From: an uncultured Neomegalonema sp.
GTDB lineage: Bacteria; Pseudomonadota; Alphaproteobacteria; Rhodobacterales; Rhodobacteraceae
Assembly (NCBI GenBank): GCA_937990185.1
Contig: CALKBI010000049.1
Location: 6,849 to 70,848, forward strand
Direction: 5' to 3'
Length of the DNA: 64,000 bases
Below, in pieces: positions 10,827 through 21,523 of the stretch. The notes below the pieces were generated by a model, which had not been told where the DNA came from, made no database searches, and saw nothing but the letters and a program-made list of their open reading frames with translations. Every line of letters begins with the position of its first letter. The stretch's first letter is position 1. The translations under genes and the position numbers were made by a program.

Positions 10827-12145
10827 CAGCGGATTTTTACGATTCTCCCGCAAAACTATCTGAAAATATTACACATTTTGCGCGCGCTTTGCGTAAAGCG
10901 GGCATACCGTTGGGGCCAGCTAGATTGGTTGATGCCATTCATGCTGTTGAACAGGCTGGCTTTTCTTCGAAGACCGATTTTTACCACACCCTGCGAACTT
11001 GCTTTGTCTCTAAGCGCAGCCAAATAACTGTTTTTGATCAATGTTTTCGCATGTTTTGGCGTGACCCTCAATTTCTGGAACGCATGATGGGCGCGTTGAT
11101 GCCAGAAATGAAAGCACCCGCGAACCGCGAGAAGCAAGCTGCGGAACAACGTGCTTCGGAAGCCCTCTTGGATGGGGCAGAAAAACCACCTCTCCCGCCT
11201 TCCGCAGAGCAGGAAGAGGATACAATTGAATTTGACGCCAGCTTGTCGTTTTCGGGTACAGAAAAGCTGGCTTCCCGGGATTTCGAGCAAATGACGAATG
11301 AGGAAATCCGTGCTTCCCAAGCGATGATAGCGACGCTGAGACTGCCCGTTCAACCTCTGCCCACGCGCCGGATGATAAAAGCGCAGAGAGGGAGTCGCCC
11401 CGATTGGCGCGGTGCAATGCGGACTACAATGAAACCCGGTGCAGCCCCGATTTTACCGGTAAAACAACGATCTAAAGTGTGGCCTTCGCTTGTAGCTCTG
11501 TGTGATATTTCGGGGTCAATGAGCAACTATTCACGGATGCTGCTGCATTTCCTCCATGCGGCAATGCAGCATGAAGGGGATGGGTGGAGCAAGGTCCATA
11601 CTTTTACGATGGGAACTAAATTAACAAATATTTCCAGAGCCTTACGTCATCAAGACCCGGATGAAGCATTGGAGGCTGCGGGGGTTGAAGCCCAGGATTG
11701 GGAAGGCGGCACACGGCTTGGTCCGGCACTGGCGGACTTCAATCGGAATTGGTCTCGCCGTGTCCTTGGGCGCGGTGCGACGGTGCTATTGATTACCGAT
11801 GGTTTGGATCGCGCGGACCCTGATTTATTGCAAGCGGAAGCGCGCCGTCTGCGGCTCTCTTCGCGCAAATTGATTTGGCTTAACCCATTGTTACGGTGGG
11901 AAGAATTTTCACCTAAAGCGCGCGGCGTTCGGGCGCTGCTGAGTGAGGTCGACAGCTTTCGCGCTGCGCATAATATTACGAGTCTCAAGGATTTGGCGGA
12001 GGCTTTGATGCGTCCTGATGATGCGGGGGTTCGGGCGCGATACCGACAGGAGTTGGCGCAGATGGATACCGACGAAGCAAAACCGCTGCACGAAGCTTAC
12101 AGCAATCGGTGGTGGGAAGACCGCTCAAGATGGGGGATGACATGA
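10823..12145 (+). CDS. VWA domain-containing CoxE-like protein
   Basis: C-terminal VWA/MIDAS region (LCDISGSMSNYSR...ITDGLDR). Start overlaps the MoxR stop. Confidence 0.8.
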   Translation: MTADFYDSPAKLSENITHFARALRKAGIPLGPARLVDAIHAVEQAGFSSKTDFYHTLRTCFVSKRSQITVFDQCFRMFWRDPQFLERMMGALMPEMKAPANREKQAAEQRASEALLDGAEKPPLPPSAEQEEDTIEFDASLSFSGTEKLASRDFEQMTNEEIRASQAMIATLRLPVQPLPTRRMIKAQRGSRPDWRGAMRTTMKPGAAPILPVKQRSKVWPSLVALCDISGSMSNYSRMLLHFLHAAMQHEGDGWSKVHTFTMGTKLTNISRALRHQDPDEALEAAGVEAQDWEGGTRLGPALADFNRNWSRRVLGRGATVLLITDGLDRADPDLLQAEARRLRLSSRKLIWLNPLLRWEEFSPKARGVRALLSEVDSFRAAHNITSLKDLAEALMRPDDAGVRARYRQELAQMDTDEAKPLHEAYSNRWWEDRSRWGMT

Positions 12146-13179
12146 CGGCAACCCATGACCAAGTCCCTGAAATTGCACTGGAATGGGTGAGGAGCGGGCG
12201 CAAGGTTGCGCTGGCGACTGTTATCGAGACTTGGGGGTCTGCCCCGCGGCAACCCGGTGCGCTGTTGGCGATTTCCGGTGATGGAGAGCTGGCTGGATCG
12301 GTGTCGGGCGGCTGTGTCGAAGGCGCGGTGGCGGCGGAAGCCCTTGAAGCAATGGAGGATGGTCTCTGTAAACTGTTGAAATATGGCGTTTCTGACGATG
12401 ATGCGTTCGCTGTCGGTCTGGCTTGTGGGGGTACAATCCGCATTCTGGTTGAACCTGTGGGCCTTGGCGAAGGCTTACCTCTGGATACTCTTACGGCACT
12501 CTGCGAGGCGCGCTCTAAACGAGAGCGGACCGTCTTAGCAATCAATCTGAGCACGAAAGATCGTCAGGTAATATCCGTGGATTCAGAGGCAAAACTCTTG
12601 AATGATCTTGCAAAACCCTCGCGAAATGCTTGCAATTCTGACAAATCGGGCTTTGCGGACAGAGAAAATCCGGAATGGTTCCTCGCCGTCCATAATCCTC
12701 CGCTCAAAATGGCCATCATTGGAGCGGCTCATATAGCACAACCGCTATCGATCATGGCACGCATGACCGGCTTCGATGTCACTGTCATTGACCCACGAGA
12801 GAGCTTTTCGTCCGAGGCCAGATTCCCCGATGTGACACTTTCGCGTGATTGGCCGGATGATGCTTTACGCGCGCTGTCCCCGGATGCGCGCACGGCCATC
12901 GTTTGTCTCAGCCATGATCCAAAGATTGATGACCCCGCGCTCAAAGTCGCATTCGACTCGCCCGCATTTTACATCGGAGCGCTCGGGTCCACCCGCACCA
13001 GTGCAAAGCGGCACGACCGCCTGATCGCCGAAGGTCATGCCGCCGATGATCTCGCGCGCATCGCTGGCCCAATTGGTCTGGACATTGGTTCCAAAAGCCC
13101 CGCCGAGATCGCGGTTTCGATTATGGCTCAGATTGTGGAGCGCCTTCGCAAACCTCAAACCAAACCCGAGTCAAGCTAG
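12142..13179 (+). CDS. XdhC/CoxI family molybdoenzyme maturation protein
   Basis: WGSAPRQPGA...GSVSGGCVE and a Rossmann-like IIGAAHIAQ segment. ATGA overlap with the preceding gene at 12142-12145. Confidence 0.8.
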   Translation: MTATHDQVPEIALEWVRSGRKVALATVIETWGSAPRQPGALLAISGDGELAGSVSGGCVEGAVAAEALEAMEDGLCKLLKYGVSDDDAFAVGLACGGTIRILVEPVGLGEGLPLDTLTALCEARSKRERTVLAINLSTKDRQVISVDSEAKLLNDLAKPSRNACNSDKSGFADRENPEWFLAVHNPPLKMAIIGAAHIAQPLSIMARMTGFDVTVIDPRESFSSEARFPDVTLSRDWPDDALRALSPDARTAIVCLSHDPKIDDPALKVAFDSPAFYIGALGSTRTSAKRHDRLIAEGHAADDLARIAGPIGLDIGSKSPAEIAVSIMAQIVERLRKPQTKPESS

Positions 13180-14168
13180 TGGATTTTGGAACGGTCTCAT
13201 TAGATACCGCAGAGGGTGGCATCCTCGCACATTCCCTGCGCAGCAACGGGTTTGTCCTCAAAAAAGGAACCCTGCTCACGTCAGAGCATATCGCTAAATT
13301 GACGGCTTCCGGCATTGAAACGATCTGTATTGCGCGTCTGTCCGTGGATGATATCGAGGAAGACAAAGCGGCGTTGTCACTCGCGATGGCGGCACAGGGA
13401 GCAAACCTTACATGCGATAAGCCCTTTACGGGCCGGTGTAATTTACGCGCGGCCTCGTCGGGAGTGCTGCGGGTTGCGGCGCAAGCGGTCAATGCCGCGA
13501 ATGCGGTGGATGAAGCGCTTACGCTTGCCACCCCGCCGGATTATGCTCGCCTGAACGAAGGCCAGCTTGCCGCGACCGCGAAAGTCATCCCTTATGCTGC
13601 GCGAAACAGCTCGGTAGAGCGGGTCACAGACCTGCTAGACAACGCGCTCACGTTGCATCCGTTTCAACCGATGACGACCGCGTTAATTACCACACAGGCT
13701 GACGGCCAAAAGGATTCGATCATTACGAAAGGCGCGGAAGCGGTCAGCACGCGCCTTGCCTCACTTGGCTCGCCCCGGCCCGATAGTGTCACCGTACCTC
13801 ATTCAGAAAGGGCGATTGTCGATGCGTTGCAAAACGTACCGCCTGCTGATCTCGTTTTGATTTTGGGAGGCTCGGCAACGTCAGACCGGCGGGATGTCGC
13901 TCCGGCGGCAGTGTCCGCAGCGGGAGGAACCATCGAACGTTTTGGGATGCCGGTCGATCCCGGCAATCTTCTTGTCTTGGGTCAGTTCAGAGGTAAGCCG
14001 CTTGTGGTGCTGCCGGGATGCGCCCGTTCCCTCGCATTAAACGGAGCGGATTGGGTGCTGGAGCGGATTGCGGCGCGCTTACCCGTCAATGCCACAGACA
14101 TCGCGGCAATGGGTGTCGGCGGGTTGCTCAAAGAAATTCCGACACGGCCTCAACCCAGAGAGCGATGA
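13179..14168 (+). CDS. molybdopterin-binding (MoeA/CinA-like MoCF_BD) domain protein
   Basis: GTG start overlapping the XdhC stop. LILGGSATSDRRDV...GMPVDPGNLLVLG...LPGCARS resembles the MoCF-binding domain. Confidence 0.65.
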   Translation: MDFGTVSLDTAEGGILAHSLRSNGFVLKKGTLLTSEHIAKLTASGIETICIARLSVDDIEEDKAALSLAMAAQGANLTCDKPFTGRCNLRAASSGVLRVAAQAVNAANAVDEALTLATPPDYARLNEGQLAATAKVIPYAARNSSVERVTDLLDNALTLHPFQPMTTALITTQADGQKDSIITKGAEAVSTRLASLGSPRPDSVTVPHSERAIVDALQNVPPADLVLILGGSATSDRRDVAPAAVSAAGGTIERFGMPVDPGNLLVLGQFRGKPLVVLPGCARSLALNGADWVLERIAARLPVNATDIAAMGVGGLLKEIPTRPQPRER

Positions 14169-14200
14169 GTCCCGCTCTCTAAGTTTTGGCCGCTCGACAA

Positions 14201-14572
14201 TTAGTTTTCTTTGGCCATCAATTTGATGGTATCGCCGAGGTTGGCGACCAAACGACGACGGCTTTGCGTTTGCTGGCGGTCACGGACATTGATGTCCTTC
14301 TCCAGTTGCGCGAGCCGCTGCTCGAACTCTTTTTCCATCGTCGCAAAGCGCTCATCAGCGGCTTTCGCGAGCTTTTCAAAGCGCTCATCGGTGGAGGCTT
14401 CCAACTCGAGAACGCGATCTTCGAGAAAAGCGATTCGATCTGCGGTCGCACTTTGCGCATCACCGAAAAGCAGAGATTGAACAGTGTTAAGGCGTTGTGC
14501 CAATTCCGTTTCCGAAACGCTGTTTCTAGCGTCGTTCGCGTTTGCGACCTTCTGGGCGTTTGAAGCAGCCAT
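14201..14572 (-). CDS. hypothetical coiled-coil protein
   Basis: 123-aa ORF rich in heptad-like E/K/L/A segments, on the opposite strand inside the cox-accessory cluster. No domain recognised. Confidence 0.45.
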   Translation of the reverse strand: MAASNAQKVANANDARNSVSETELAQRLNTVQSLLFGDAQSATADRIAFLEDRVLELEASTDERFEKLAKAADERFATMEKEFEQRLAQLEKDINVRDRQQTQSRRRLVANLGDTIKLMAKEN

Positions 14573-14729
14573 TTTCTATTCCTTGATTCTGATCGAGGCT
14601 AAAATCTTCTGAAAGACATGGTTAAAGGTCTCCGAAACTTGTTTAGTTGGAATTAACGCGCCGGGTTTTGCTGCCGGCTAATCGTTAGCATTTGATTCAT
14701 TTCATAGGTCCGGTGGATTTATAAAAGCC

Positions 14730-15338
14730 ATGACCCAGCACAATCACATCGCCATCATTCTGCTCGCTGCGGGGGCGTCCAGCCGAATGCAGGGGCGGGA
14801 TAAGCTGCTTGAGGAGGTGTTTGACCGGCCTTTGCTGCGGCGGGTTGCTGAGGCTGCCTCCGACAGCATGGCCGAAAAGATCATCGTCGTTCTGGGTGCA
14901 TATGCGGACGAGCGACGAAAGGCGCTCGCGGCATTACCTTTACAATATGCCGTGAATGAAGACTGGAAAACCGGAATGGCTTCATCGATTCGCACCGGAG
15001 TCGATGCTTTATCAACCGATACGGAAGCAGCTCTGATTCTACTCGGTGATATGCCGGAGGTCGGCAAGAATGTGATTGATGCGCTCATCACTTCTTTTGA
15101 TCCGGAACAGGGCAAAGATATTGTGCGTCCGGTTTCCGGGTCAGGAGTGGGCGGAAATCCCATTTTGTTCGGTAAGCGGCATTTTCCCGCGCTCAAGGCG
15201 TTGACCGGAGATATTGGGGCAAAACCGGTCATTAAGGCTAATCCAGACAGTGTTTTGGACGTGCCGACAAAGACCGATGGTGTTCTGATTGATCTGGATA
15301 CCCCGGAAGCATGGGCGGCATGGCGGGCAAGGCAATAG
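14730..15338 (+). CDS. MobA/MocA-like molybdenum cofactor nucleotidyltransferase
   Basis: ILLAAGASSRMQGRDKLL N-terminal signature. Confidence 0.8.
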   Translation: MTQHNHIAIILLAAGASSRMQGRDKLLEEVFDRPLLRRVAEAASDSMAEKIIVVLGAYADERRKALAALPLQYAVNEDWKTGMASSIRTGVDALSTDTEAALILLGDMPEVGKNVIDALITSFDPEQGKDIVRPVSGSGVGGNPILFGKRHFPALKALTGDIGAKPVIKANPDSVLDVPTKTDGVLIDLDTPEAWAAWRARQ

Positions 15339-15477
15339 AGGATTGCAGGAGTACAATCACTCACCCCTTGCGCAGATTGTCGTGAAAACCTTTTGTTAAG
15401 ACGGTTGCACCGCGCAACCCGCCTGCTTAACGTGTGTGCAAAGGGAGGTGCGATACCACATGCATCCAATATCAAAA

Positions 15478-16602
15478 ATGGCGCTCCAAAGACTAGCTTT
15501 GGGGTTATTCACACTCTTCGTCGTATCAATCATTATTGCGGGGGCTGTCGAGTTCCTGCCGGGCGATTTGGCACAAGAGATCCTAGGACAAGCGGCCACA
15601 CCTGAAGCTGTCGCAGCATTCCGGGCCGAGGTTGGCCTCGATAAGCCCCCCGTCGAGCGGTATTTCTCATGGCTTGGCGGCGTTGCACAGGGTGACTTCG
15701 GTGTATCCTTGGCAACCAAACGATCTATTTCTGATCTGATTTCTGCTCGTCTTGGCAATACACTCTTCCTTGCTGGATTTGCTGCTGTGATTGCAGTTCC
15801 ATTGGCGGTGACCCTTGGGATGCTAGCTGCGCTTTACCGCAATACGTGGTTTGATCGGTTGATCAACGTATCGACCCTTTCGTCGATCTCCTTCCCGGAA
15901 TTTTTCGTTGCTTATGTTCTGATCCTCTTCCTTTCAGTTGGTTACGGTTTTGATGCGCGCTGGGTCTTGGCGCTGATCGGGCTGTTCCTACTGGTCGAGG
16001 GCTTTGGCGCGGTCAAAGAAGGTAAGAGGATTGGCCGGTTCTCTGTAATCGGCTCAATCTTCGGAATCATCGGTCTTGCGCTGGTCGTCAATGCGATCTT
16101 CGGATGGTGGAATTATAATGTCGGCGCAGTCAGTGCCTTCCCGTCGATTTCTAATATCTCACCGGACACACCCTTTGGAGAACGCGTTCATCGCAGCTTC
16201 TTGCCTGCTTTAACGCTGACCTTGGTTGTGACTGCGCATATGATGAGGATGACACGAGCATCGATCATCAATCTGATGGCTTCGCCTTATATTGAAATGG
16301 CGAGATTGAAAGGCATGTCTCCGGCGCGGATCATCGTGAAGCACGCGTTGCCGAACGCCCTTGCTCCGATCATCAACGTGATCGCGGTGAACTTGGCCTT
16401 CCTGATTACCGGCGTGGTCGTTGTTGAGGTGGTGTTTGTTTATCCGGGCCTCGGACAGCTTCTGGTCGATTCAGTATCGAAGCGCGACATTACGGTGGTT
16501 CAAGGCTGCTGTTTGATTTTCGCTGCGACGTATATTTTGCTTAACTTGACTGCGGATATTCTGGCCATCGCCACGAACCCGCGTCTTCTTCACCCGAAAT
16601 AG
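15478..16602 (+). CDS. ABC transporter permease (DppB/OppB type) with an extra hydrophobic insert
   Basis: Typical N-terminus (FLPGDLAQEILG) and EAA region (ARLKGMSPARIIVKHALPNA). About 50-60 extra residues with two hydrophobic segments lie between the middle TM region and LPALTL. Confidence 0.85.
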   Translation: MALQRLALGLFTLFVVSIIIAGAVEFLPGDLAQEILGQAATPEAVAAFRAEVGLDKPPVERYFSWLGGVAQGDFGVSLATKRSISDLISARLGNTLFLAGFAAVIAVPLAVTLGMLAALYRNTWFDRLINVSTLSSISFPEFFVAYVLILFLSVGYGFDARWVLALIGLFLLVEGFGAVKEGKRIGRFSVIGSIFGIIGLALVVNAIFGWWNYNVGAVSAFPSISNISPDTPFGERVHRSFLPALTLTLVVTAHMMRMTRASIINLMASPYIEMARLKGMSPARIIVKHALPNALAPIINVIAVNLAFLITGVVVVEVVFVYPGLGQLLVDSVSKRDITVVQGCCLIFAATYILLNLTADILAIATNPRLLHPK

Positions 16603-16614
16603 GAGGACGCATCG

Positions 16615-17517
16615 ATGGCAGACGCAACAAATGATCCGATGGCTCTATCCGCAGATGCAGAAGCCCCGCGCGTTGATCAGGAATCGCGATGGGTAACGTT
16701 ACGGCGCGCCTTCCGCACGGCGCCGATGACAGCTTGGTTCGGGATGATCGTCATCCTCCTCTATATTCTAACGGCAATTTTCGCGCCGCTACTCGCCCCC
16801 TTCGGTGAGAAGGAAATCGTTGGCGACGCCTTTGACGTACCCGGCGAAGAATTCTTTCTCGGCACGGATCAGCTCGGGCGGGATATGCTGTCGCGGATGA
16901 TCTATGCGGCCCGGAATACCGTCGGTATCGCCCTGGTGACGACTATCCTATCCTTTACGCTCGGCAGCCTTCTTGGGATGCTTGCGGCGGTAATGGGGGG
17001 TTGGACCGATAACATCCTGTCGCGGATCGTCGATGTTCTGATGTCGATCCCGCAACTGATCTTTGCATTATTATTGCTGACCATCCTTGGCGCAAATGTC
17101 GTGAACATGATTCTCGTGATCGCGTTACTTGACAGCACACGGGTCTATCGCCTGATGCGCGCGGTGGGCATGAACATCGTGGTGATGGATTACGTCGAAG
17201 CCGCCAAGCTACGCGGCGAAGGGCTGTGGTGGTTGATCCGCAAAGAAATTCTGCCAAACGCTTTGGCTCCGCTGATTGCGGAATTCGGTCTTAGGTTCTG
17301 CTTCGTGTTCCTGACCATTGCGGCACTTTCGTTCCTTGGCCTTGGTATCCAGCCGCCAACAGCGGATTGGGGAACCATGGTTCGTGACAATGCACAGCTA
17401 ATCACCTTCGGCGAGATCATCCCGCTTTATCCTGCTGCAGCGATTGCTTTGCTGACCATCGCGGTCAACTTCGTCGTTGACTGGATGCTGCACCGTTCCA
17501 GTGGTCTCAAAGAGTAA
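16615..17517 (+). CDS. ABC transporter permease (DppC/OppC type)
   Basis: LGTDQLGRDMLSR and EAAKLRGEGLWWLIRKEILPNA motifs. Confidence 0.9.
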   Translation: MADATNDPMALSADAEAPRVDQESRWVTLRRAFRTAPMTAWFGMIVILLYILTAIFAPLLAPFGEKEIVGDAFDVPGEEFFLGTDQLGRDMLSRMIYAARNTVGIALVTTILSFTLGSLLGMLAAVMGGWTDNILSRIVDVLMSIPQLIFALLLLTILGANVVNMILVIALLDSTRVYRLMRAVGMNIVVMDYVEAAKLRGEGLWWLIRKEILPNALAPLIAEFGLRFCFVFLTIAALSFLGLGIQPPTADWGTMVRDNAQLITFGEIIPLYPAAAIALLTIAVNFVVDWMLHRSSGLKE

Positions 17518-17608
17518 ATTAGATGAAGAAACCGGCCTGTTTTGGGCCGGTTTCCCGACGACCGATAAAGGCGCTGCCGAATGGCAGTGACATAAGAAAG
17601 AAATATCA

Positions 17609-19267
17609 ATGTCCGACGATACCATCCTCAAAATCCGCAATTTAAAGATCGACGGTAAAACCGGAGACGAGTGGTTGCCGATCCTCAAGGGGATCGACAT
17701 GGACCTCAAACGCGGCGAAGTCCTTGGTGTCATCGGCGAATCCGGTGCGGGTAAGTCCACAATCGGCCTTGCTGCGATGGGCTATACGCGCGGCGGGTGT
17801 CGTATTTCCGGCGGGACGGTCGATTTCGAAGGCACGGACCTTGTGAAGTCATCCGAGGCATATCGCCGTAAACTGCGCGGCAAGAAGATCGCTTACGTCG
17901 CGCAATCCGCTGCCGCCAGCTTTAACCCTGCCCATAAGCTGATTGATCAATATTCCGAAGCCCCGATTCAGCACGGCGTCATGTCGAGCACCGATGCGGC
18001 AACCGATGCGACCGAGCTTTACCGCCGTCTACAACTCCCGAATCCTGATGAAATCGGTTTCCGCTATCCGCACCAGGTTTCCGGCGGACAGCTACAGCGT
18101 GCGATGACGGCGATGGCGATGTCCTGCCGTCCTGATTTGATTATCTTCGACGAGCCGACCACGGCGCTTGATGTGACCACTCAAATCGAAGTGCTTTCCG
18201 CTATTCGTGATGCAGTTGAACAATTCGGCACAGCAGCGATTTACATCACGCATGACCTCGCGGTTGTGGCTCAGATGGCTGACCGTATCCAGGTTTTCAA
18301 ACTTGGCGAGACCATTGAAGAAGCCGAAACCCGCAAGATGCTCTCGGCCCCTGAAGAGGCGTATACAAAATCCCTCTGGGCGGTGCGCAGCTTCAAGGCG
18401 ACAGCCAAGCCAAAACCACCTGCTGATGAAGTTCCGATTGTCGAGCTTCGCAATGTCGATGCGGCTTACGGTGCAACGCCGGTGTTGTTTGATGTGAACT
18501 TTAAAATTCATAAAGGCCGCACGGTTGCAGTTGTTGGCGAGTCCGGGTCCGGTAAATCCACAGCGGCGCGTTGTATCACGGGTCTGTTGCCGCCGACAAA
18601 AGGCGAAATTCTCTTTAACGGTGAAGTCCTGCCCGCAGGGTATCGCAAGCGCAATAAAGATCAGCTGCGTCAAGCGCAGATGATCTATCAAATGGCGGAT
18701 ACGGCGCTGAATCCGAAACAGCGGATTGAAGACATCATTGGCCGTCCTGTCGGGTTCTACCTTGGCCTAAGCGGAAAAGCGCAGCGCGAGAGAGTGCGCG
18801 AGCTGCTCGACCTGATCGAGATGGAACCGGATATCTATATGCACCGCTTTCCCGGTGAGCTGTCAGGTGGCCAGAAACAGCGCATCGGGATTGCCCGTGC
18901 GCTCGCGGCTGACCCGCAATTCATCATTTGCGATGAAGTGACCAGCGCGCTCGATCAACTTGTCGCCGAGGGCATTTTGCGCCTTTTGGATAAGCTGCAA
19001 ATTGATTTGGGGCTGGCTTACATGTTCATCACCCATGACCTCGCGACAGTGCGCGCCATCGCGGACGAAGTTGTGGTGATGCAGCACGGCAAAGTGGTTG
19101 AACAAGGCCCGAAAGTCGAAATGTTCCAACCCCCGCACCACCCCTACACCGATTTGTTGTTGTCTTCGGTTCCTGAAATGGACCCCGATTGGCTCAGCAA
19201 TTTGCTCGGCGCACGGGAGCGCGGAGAGATCGTTGACGCCAAAACCGCAGGCTCGGCTGACAACTGA
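17609..19267 (+). CDS. fused double ABC ATPase (DppD-DppF type)
   Basis: Two Walker A motifs ([18 protein letters not shown]) and two signature motifs ([16 protein letters not shown]). Confidence 0.92.
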   Translation: MSDDTILKIRNLKIDGKTGDEWLPILKGIDMDLKRGEVLGVIGESGAGKSTIGLAAMGYTRGGCRISGGTVDFEGTDLVKSSEAYRRKLRGKKIAYVAQSAAASFNPAHKLIDQYSEAPIQHGVMSSTDAATDATELYRRLQLPNPDEIGFRYPHQVSGGQLQRAMTAMAMSCRPDLIIFDEPTTALDVTTQIEVLSAIRDAVEQFGTAAIYITHDLAVVAQMADRIQVFKLGETIEEAETRKMLSAPEEAYTKSLWAVRSFKATAKPKPPADEVPIVELRNVDAAYGATPVLFDVNFKIHKGRTVAVVGESGSGKSTAARCITGLLPPTKGEILFNGEVLPAGYRKRNKDQLRQAQMIYQMADTALNPKQRIEDIIGRPVGFYLGLSGKAQRERVRELLDLIEMEPDIYMHRFPGELSGGQKQRIGIARALAADPQFIICDEVTSALDQLVAEGILRLLDKLQIDLGLAYMFITHDLATVRAIADEVVVMQHGKVVEQGPKVEMFQPPHHPYTDLLLSSVPEMDPDWLSNLLGARERGEIVDAKTAGSADN

Positions 19268-19290
19268 TCACCCTTTAGAACCATGTCTTC

Positions 19291-19320
19291 AAAAGCCCTG
19301 CTTAAAGCGGGGCTTTTTTA
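19291..19320. terminator. bidirectional intrinsic terminator between convergent genes
   Basis: aaaagccctgc-ttaaa-gcggggctttttt: 8-bp stem with one G-U pair, flanked by A- and T-tracts. Confidence 0.75.
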
Positions 19321-19375
19321 CTTTACGGTTGTGGATATCGGACCGACATCCGGGAATGGGTCAGTCCGACGGCTT

Positions 19376-20182
19376 TCATGCCTGTTGCCCTTTGGAATGA
19401 GATTGCAAAATGTCTTCGATGGCACGAACGATAGAAGCGGATTTCTGAGTATCAGCGGCGCTCTGATGCGGTGGAGCGAACTGTCCACTGTCATTGTCAA
19501 AATACTGACCGCTGGCATCGGCAAACTCATCCGACAATGCAGCGCGGATCAGGATCTCAGCGCCGACGCTCAGGTCTTTGCCTGCTACACCAAAGCCTTC
19601 TTTCACCATTTTGCTGGCGAGCAGAGAGCCGGGGTTCACCGCAACGAAAACCGGTCCCTCAGGATGCGTTTCCGCCATCGCGGCAGACCAGATTGTCAGC
19701 GCCAGTTTGCTCTGCGCATACGCCGCCATATCGTCGAGTTGTTTGTTCCCGGCCATCGCTTCGATGTCCACCGTCGCCTGTGCTGCGGAAGAAAGACTGA
19801 TCACTCTTGCCTTCGTGTCCATTAACGGAAGCAACCGCTGTGTTAGCAAGGCGACCGCGAGCGTGTTCACTGCAAAGCGTACATCCAGCCCGTCATCGGT
19901 CATGGGGTTGGGAACCTTCAAAACCCCGGCATTATTGATCAGCACATCAAGTACCTTGTGCCGTGCCTGCACCGCCTTAGCCAATGTTTCGACTTCCGCC
20001 ATGTCGGACAGGTCAGCGAGATAAGGCTCAACATTGCCGTCAGGCATCGCCTGCACCGCCGCGTCCAGTTTCTTCTTGCTACGGCCATGCAACAACAGCT
20101 TATGCCCCTTCGCAGCGAGCATCTTTGCCGTCTCCAATCCGATACCATCGGTTGCGCCGGTAATGAGGATCGTTTTTGTCAT
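19376..20182 (-). CDS. SDR family oxidoreductase
   Basis: TGATDGIGLETA cofactor motif and YAQSK catalytic motif. Start at MTKTILITG (ATG 20182). Confidence 0.88.
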   Translation of the reverse strand: MTKTILITGATDGIGLETAKMLAAKGHKLLLHGRSKKKLDAAVQAMPDGNVEPYLADLSDMAEVETLAKAVQARHKVLDVLINNAGVLKVPNPMTDDGLDVRFAVNTLAVALLTQRLLPLMDTKARVISLSSAAQATVDIEAMAGNKQLDDMAAYAQSKLALTIWSAAMAETHPEGPVFVAVNPGSLLASKMVKEGFGVAGKDLSVGAEILIRAALSDEFADASGQYFDNDSGQFAPPHQSAADTQKSASIVRAIEDILQSHSKGQQA

Positions 20183-20449
20183 GTGTTTCTCCCATCTGTT
20201 TTCATGGCGGTCTTGGTTATCCGGCTGAGGACAAAATTTGCGACGATGCCATGGGTCGCCTTCATGTGTTCGCAGAGGCGCGGAACGTTCATGTGCGTCT
20301 ATTACAGAACGCGATTTTTTCATGTCTCATAAAAAGCGGCATGACTATTTCTTTTTATGAGCAGCATGTCTGCAGGCTTCATGTGTGCAAGTACGTACAA
20401 ATAATGGGCGATGTCATATTTCACGTACCCACTTTGAGTGGGGTTTGAT

Positions 20450-21382
20450 ATGATGGCTACCGATGACGATTTTGATCCCATTGAAATGCTCTTTCCTCCT
20501 TGCGGGAGTGGGTTTGTAATGGCTCTGCGCGCATATTTTGACGCCTCTGTCAGAGAGCCAAGCAACTTAATTTGTGTTGCTGGCGTAGCATTCGGCTTGC
20601 AGTCAGCAAAGAAGGCCAATTCCGAATGGCAAAGTCTCTTCAAAAATAAGATTTGCCATATGACCGATCTCCACGCGAGGCGCGGGGAGTTTGAGGGTAT
20701 CTCGCGCGAAGAAGCCAGCTCCTACCTTGTAGAAGCGGTGAAGATAATAAAGAGCCATATGGCTTTCGCGGGCATTGCCTCATTCGATATGAATGAGTTG
20801 AAAGAACACCTACCCTCCGATGCAGTCAGAAAGCACGCAAAGAAGATGAAGATGGGCTTTGAAACGCCCTATGCGCTCGCCTGCCACGCCGCCATGTTCT
20901 CCCTCGCATACAACACCACCAATTCAATACATTATGTTTTTGAGCTTGGAGACAAAGGCCAGCCGGGCGCTAAAAAGTACTTGGAGTTCATCGGTGAGCA
21001 AGAAGGGCCAATAGCTGAGGCTTACAGAGTGGGTAGTTTGGCTTATGCCAAAAAGGAAAGCGCGCATCTTTTGCTCGGGGCCTCTGACATATTGGCTTGG
21101 GAGTGGGGCAAAGATGTTGAGCGTGCAAAGAAGAATAGCGGTTCTGATATGCGCCGCTCTCTAGCTGAAATTTTGTCTAACAAACCTGTTTTGACGTTGC
21201 CATCTGGAGCCCATTTAGTCCGAACTGATAAGTTCGAGTGCCAGCATTTCACTGGGGAAAAATTCCAAAGTATACTCGACCAAATGGGAGAATTATTGAG
21301 TTCCAAAGACTTTGAAGAGGTAGAGGCCGTGAGAGCTAAGTTCCGCCCTCCGCCTCATCCCGCTCCTAGGTTGCGCTGGTAG
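20450..21382 (+). CDS. hypothetical protein (accessory; weak DUF3800-like pattern)
   Basis: About 310-aa ORF that looks lower in GC than its neighbours. AYFDAS near the N-terminus and GASDILAWEW later faintly resemble DUF3800/RNase-H-like proteins. This is not a firm call. Confidence 0.5.
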   Translation: MMATDDDFDPIEMLFPPCGSGFVMALRAYFDASVREPSNLICVAGVAFGLQSAKKANSEWQSLFKNKICHMTDLHARRGEFEGISREEASSYLVEAVKIIKSHMAFAGIASFDMNELKEHLPSDAVRKHAKKMKMGFETPYALACHAAMFSLAYNTTNSIHYVFELGDKGQPGAKKYLEFIGEQEGPIAEAYRVGSLAYAKKESAHLLLGASDILAWEWGKDVERAKKNSGSDMRRSLAEILSNKPVLTLPSGAHLVRTDKFECQHFTGEKFQSILDQMGELLSSKDFEEVEAVRAKFRPPPHPAPRLRW

Positions 21383-21523
21383 AGAGCCTAGAGATCGTCC
21401 TCTCAAATCGCTCATCTGCCTCTGTGGGGTTTGGTTCGCCAGCGACTTTGAGGCCTGCTACTACCTATAGGAAGCGCTTTGATTGCTGCTCTTGCGTTTC
21501 GTCGTTCTTTTTTCGGTATCAGT

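Noticed and set aside
11985-12554. 189-aa minus-strand ORF, plus similar ORFs at 18092-18691, 24417-24941, 38245-38793, 39570-40121 and 40720-41241
   Set aside because: All are antisense to confidently identified genes (coxE/xdhC, ABC ATPase, glcB, dsbA-like, rnd, PBP). All give Arg/Ser/Pro-rich, featureless translations.
14744-15475. 243-aa minus-strand ORF
   Set aside because: It is antisense to the MocA-like gene, whose LAAGxSxRM signature is clear. The translation is Ser/Arg/Ala-rich and featureless.
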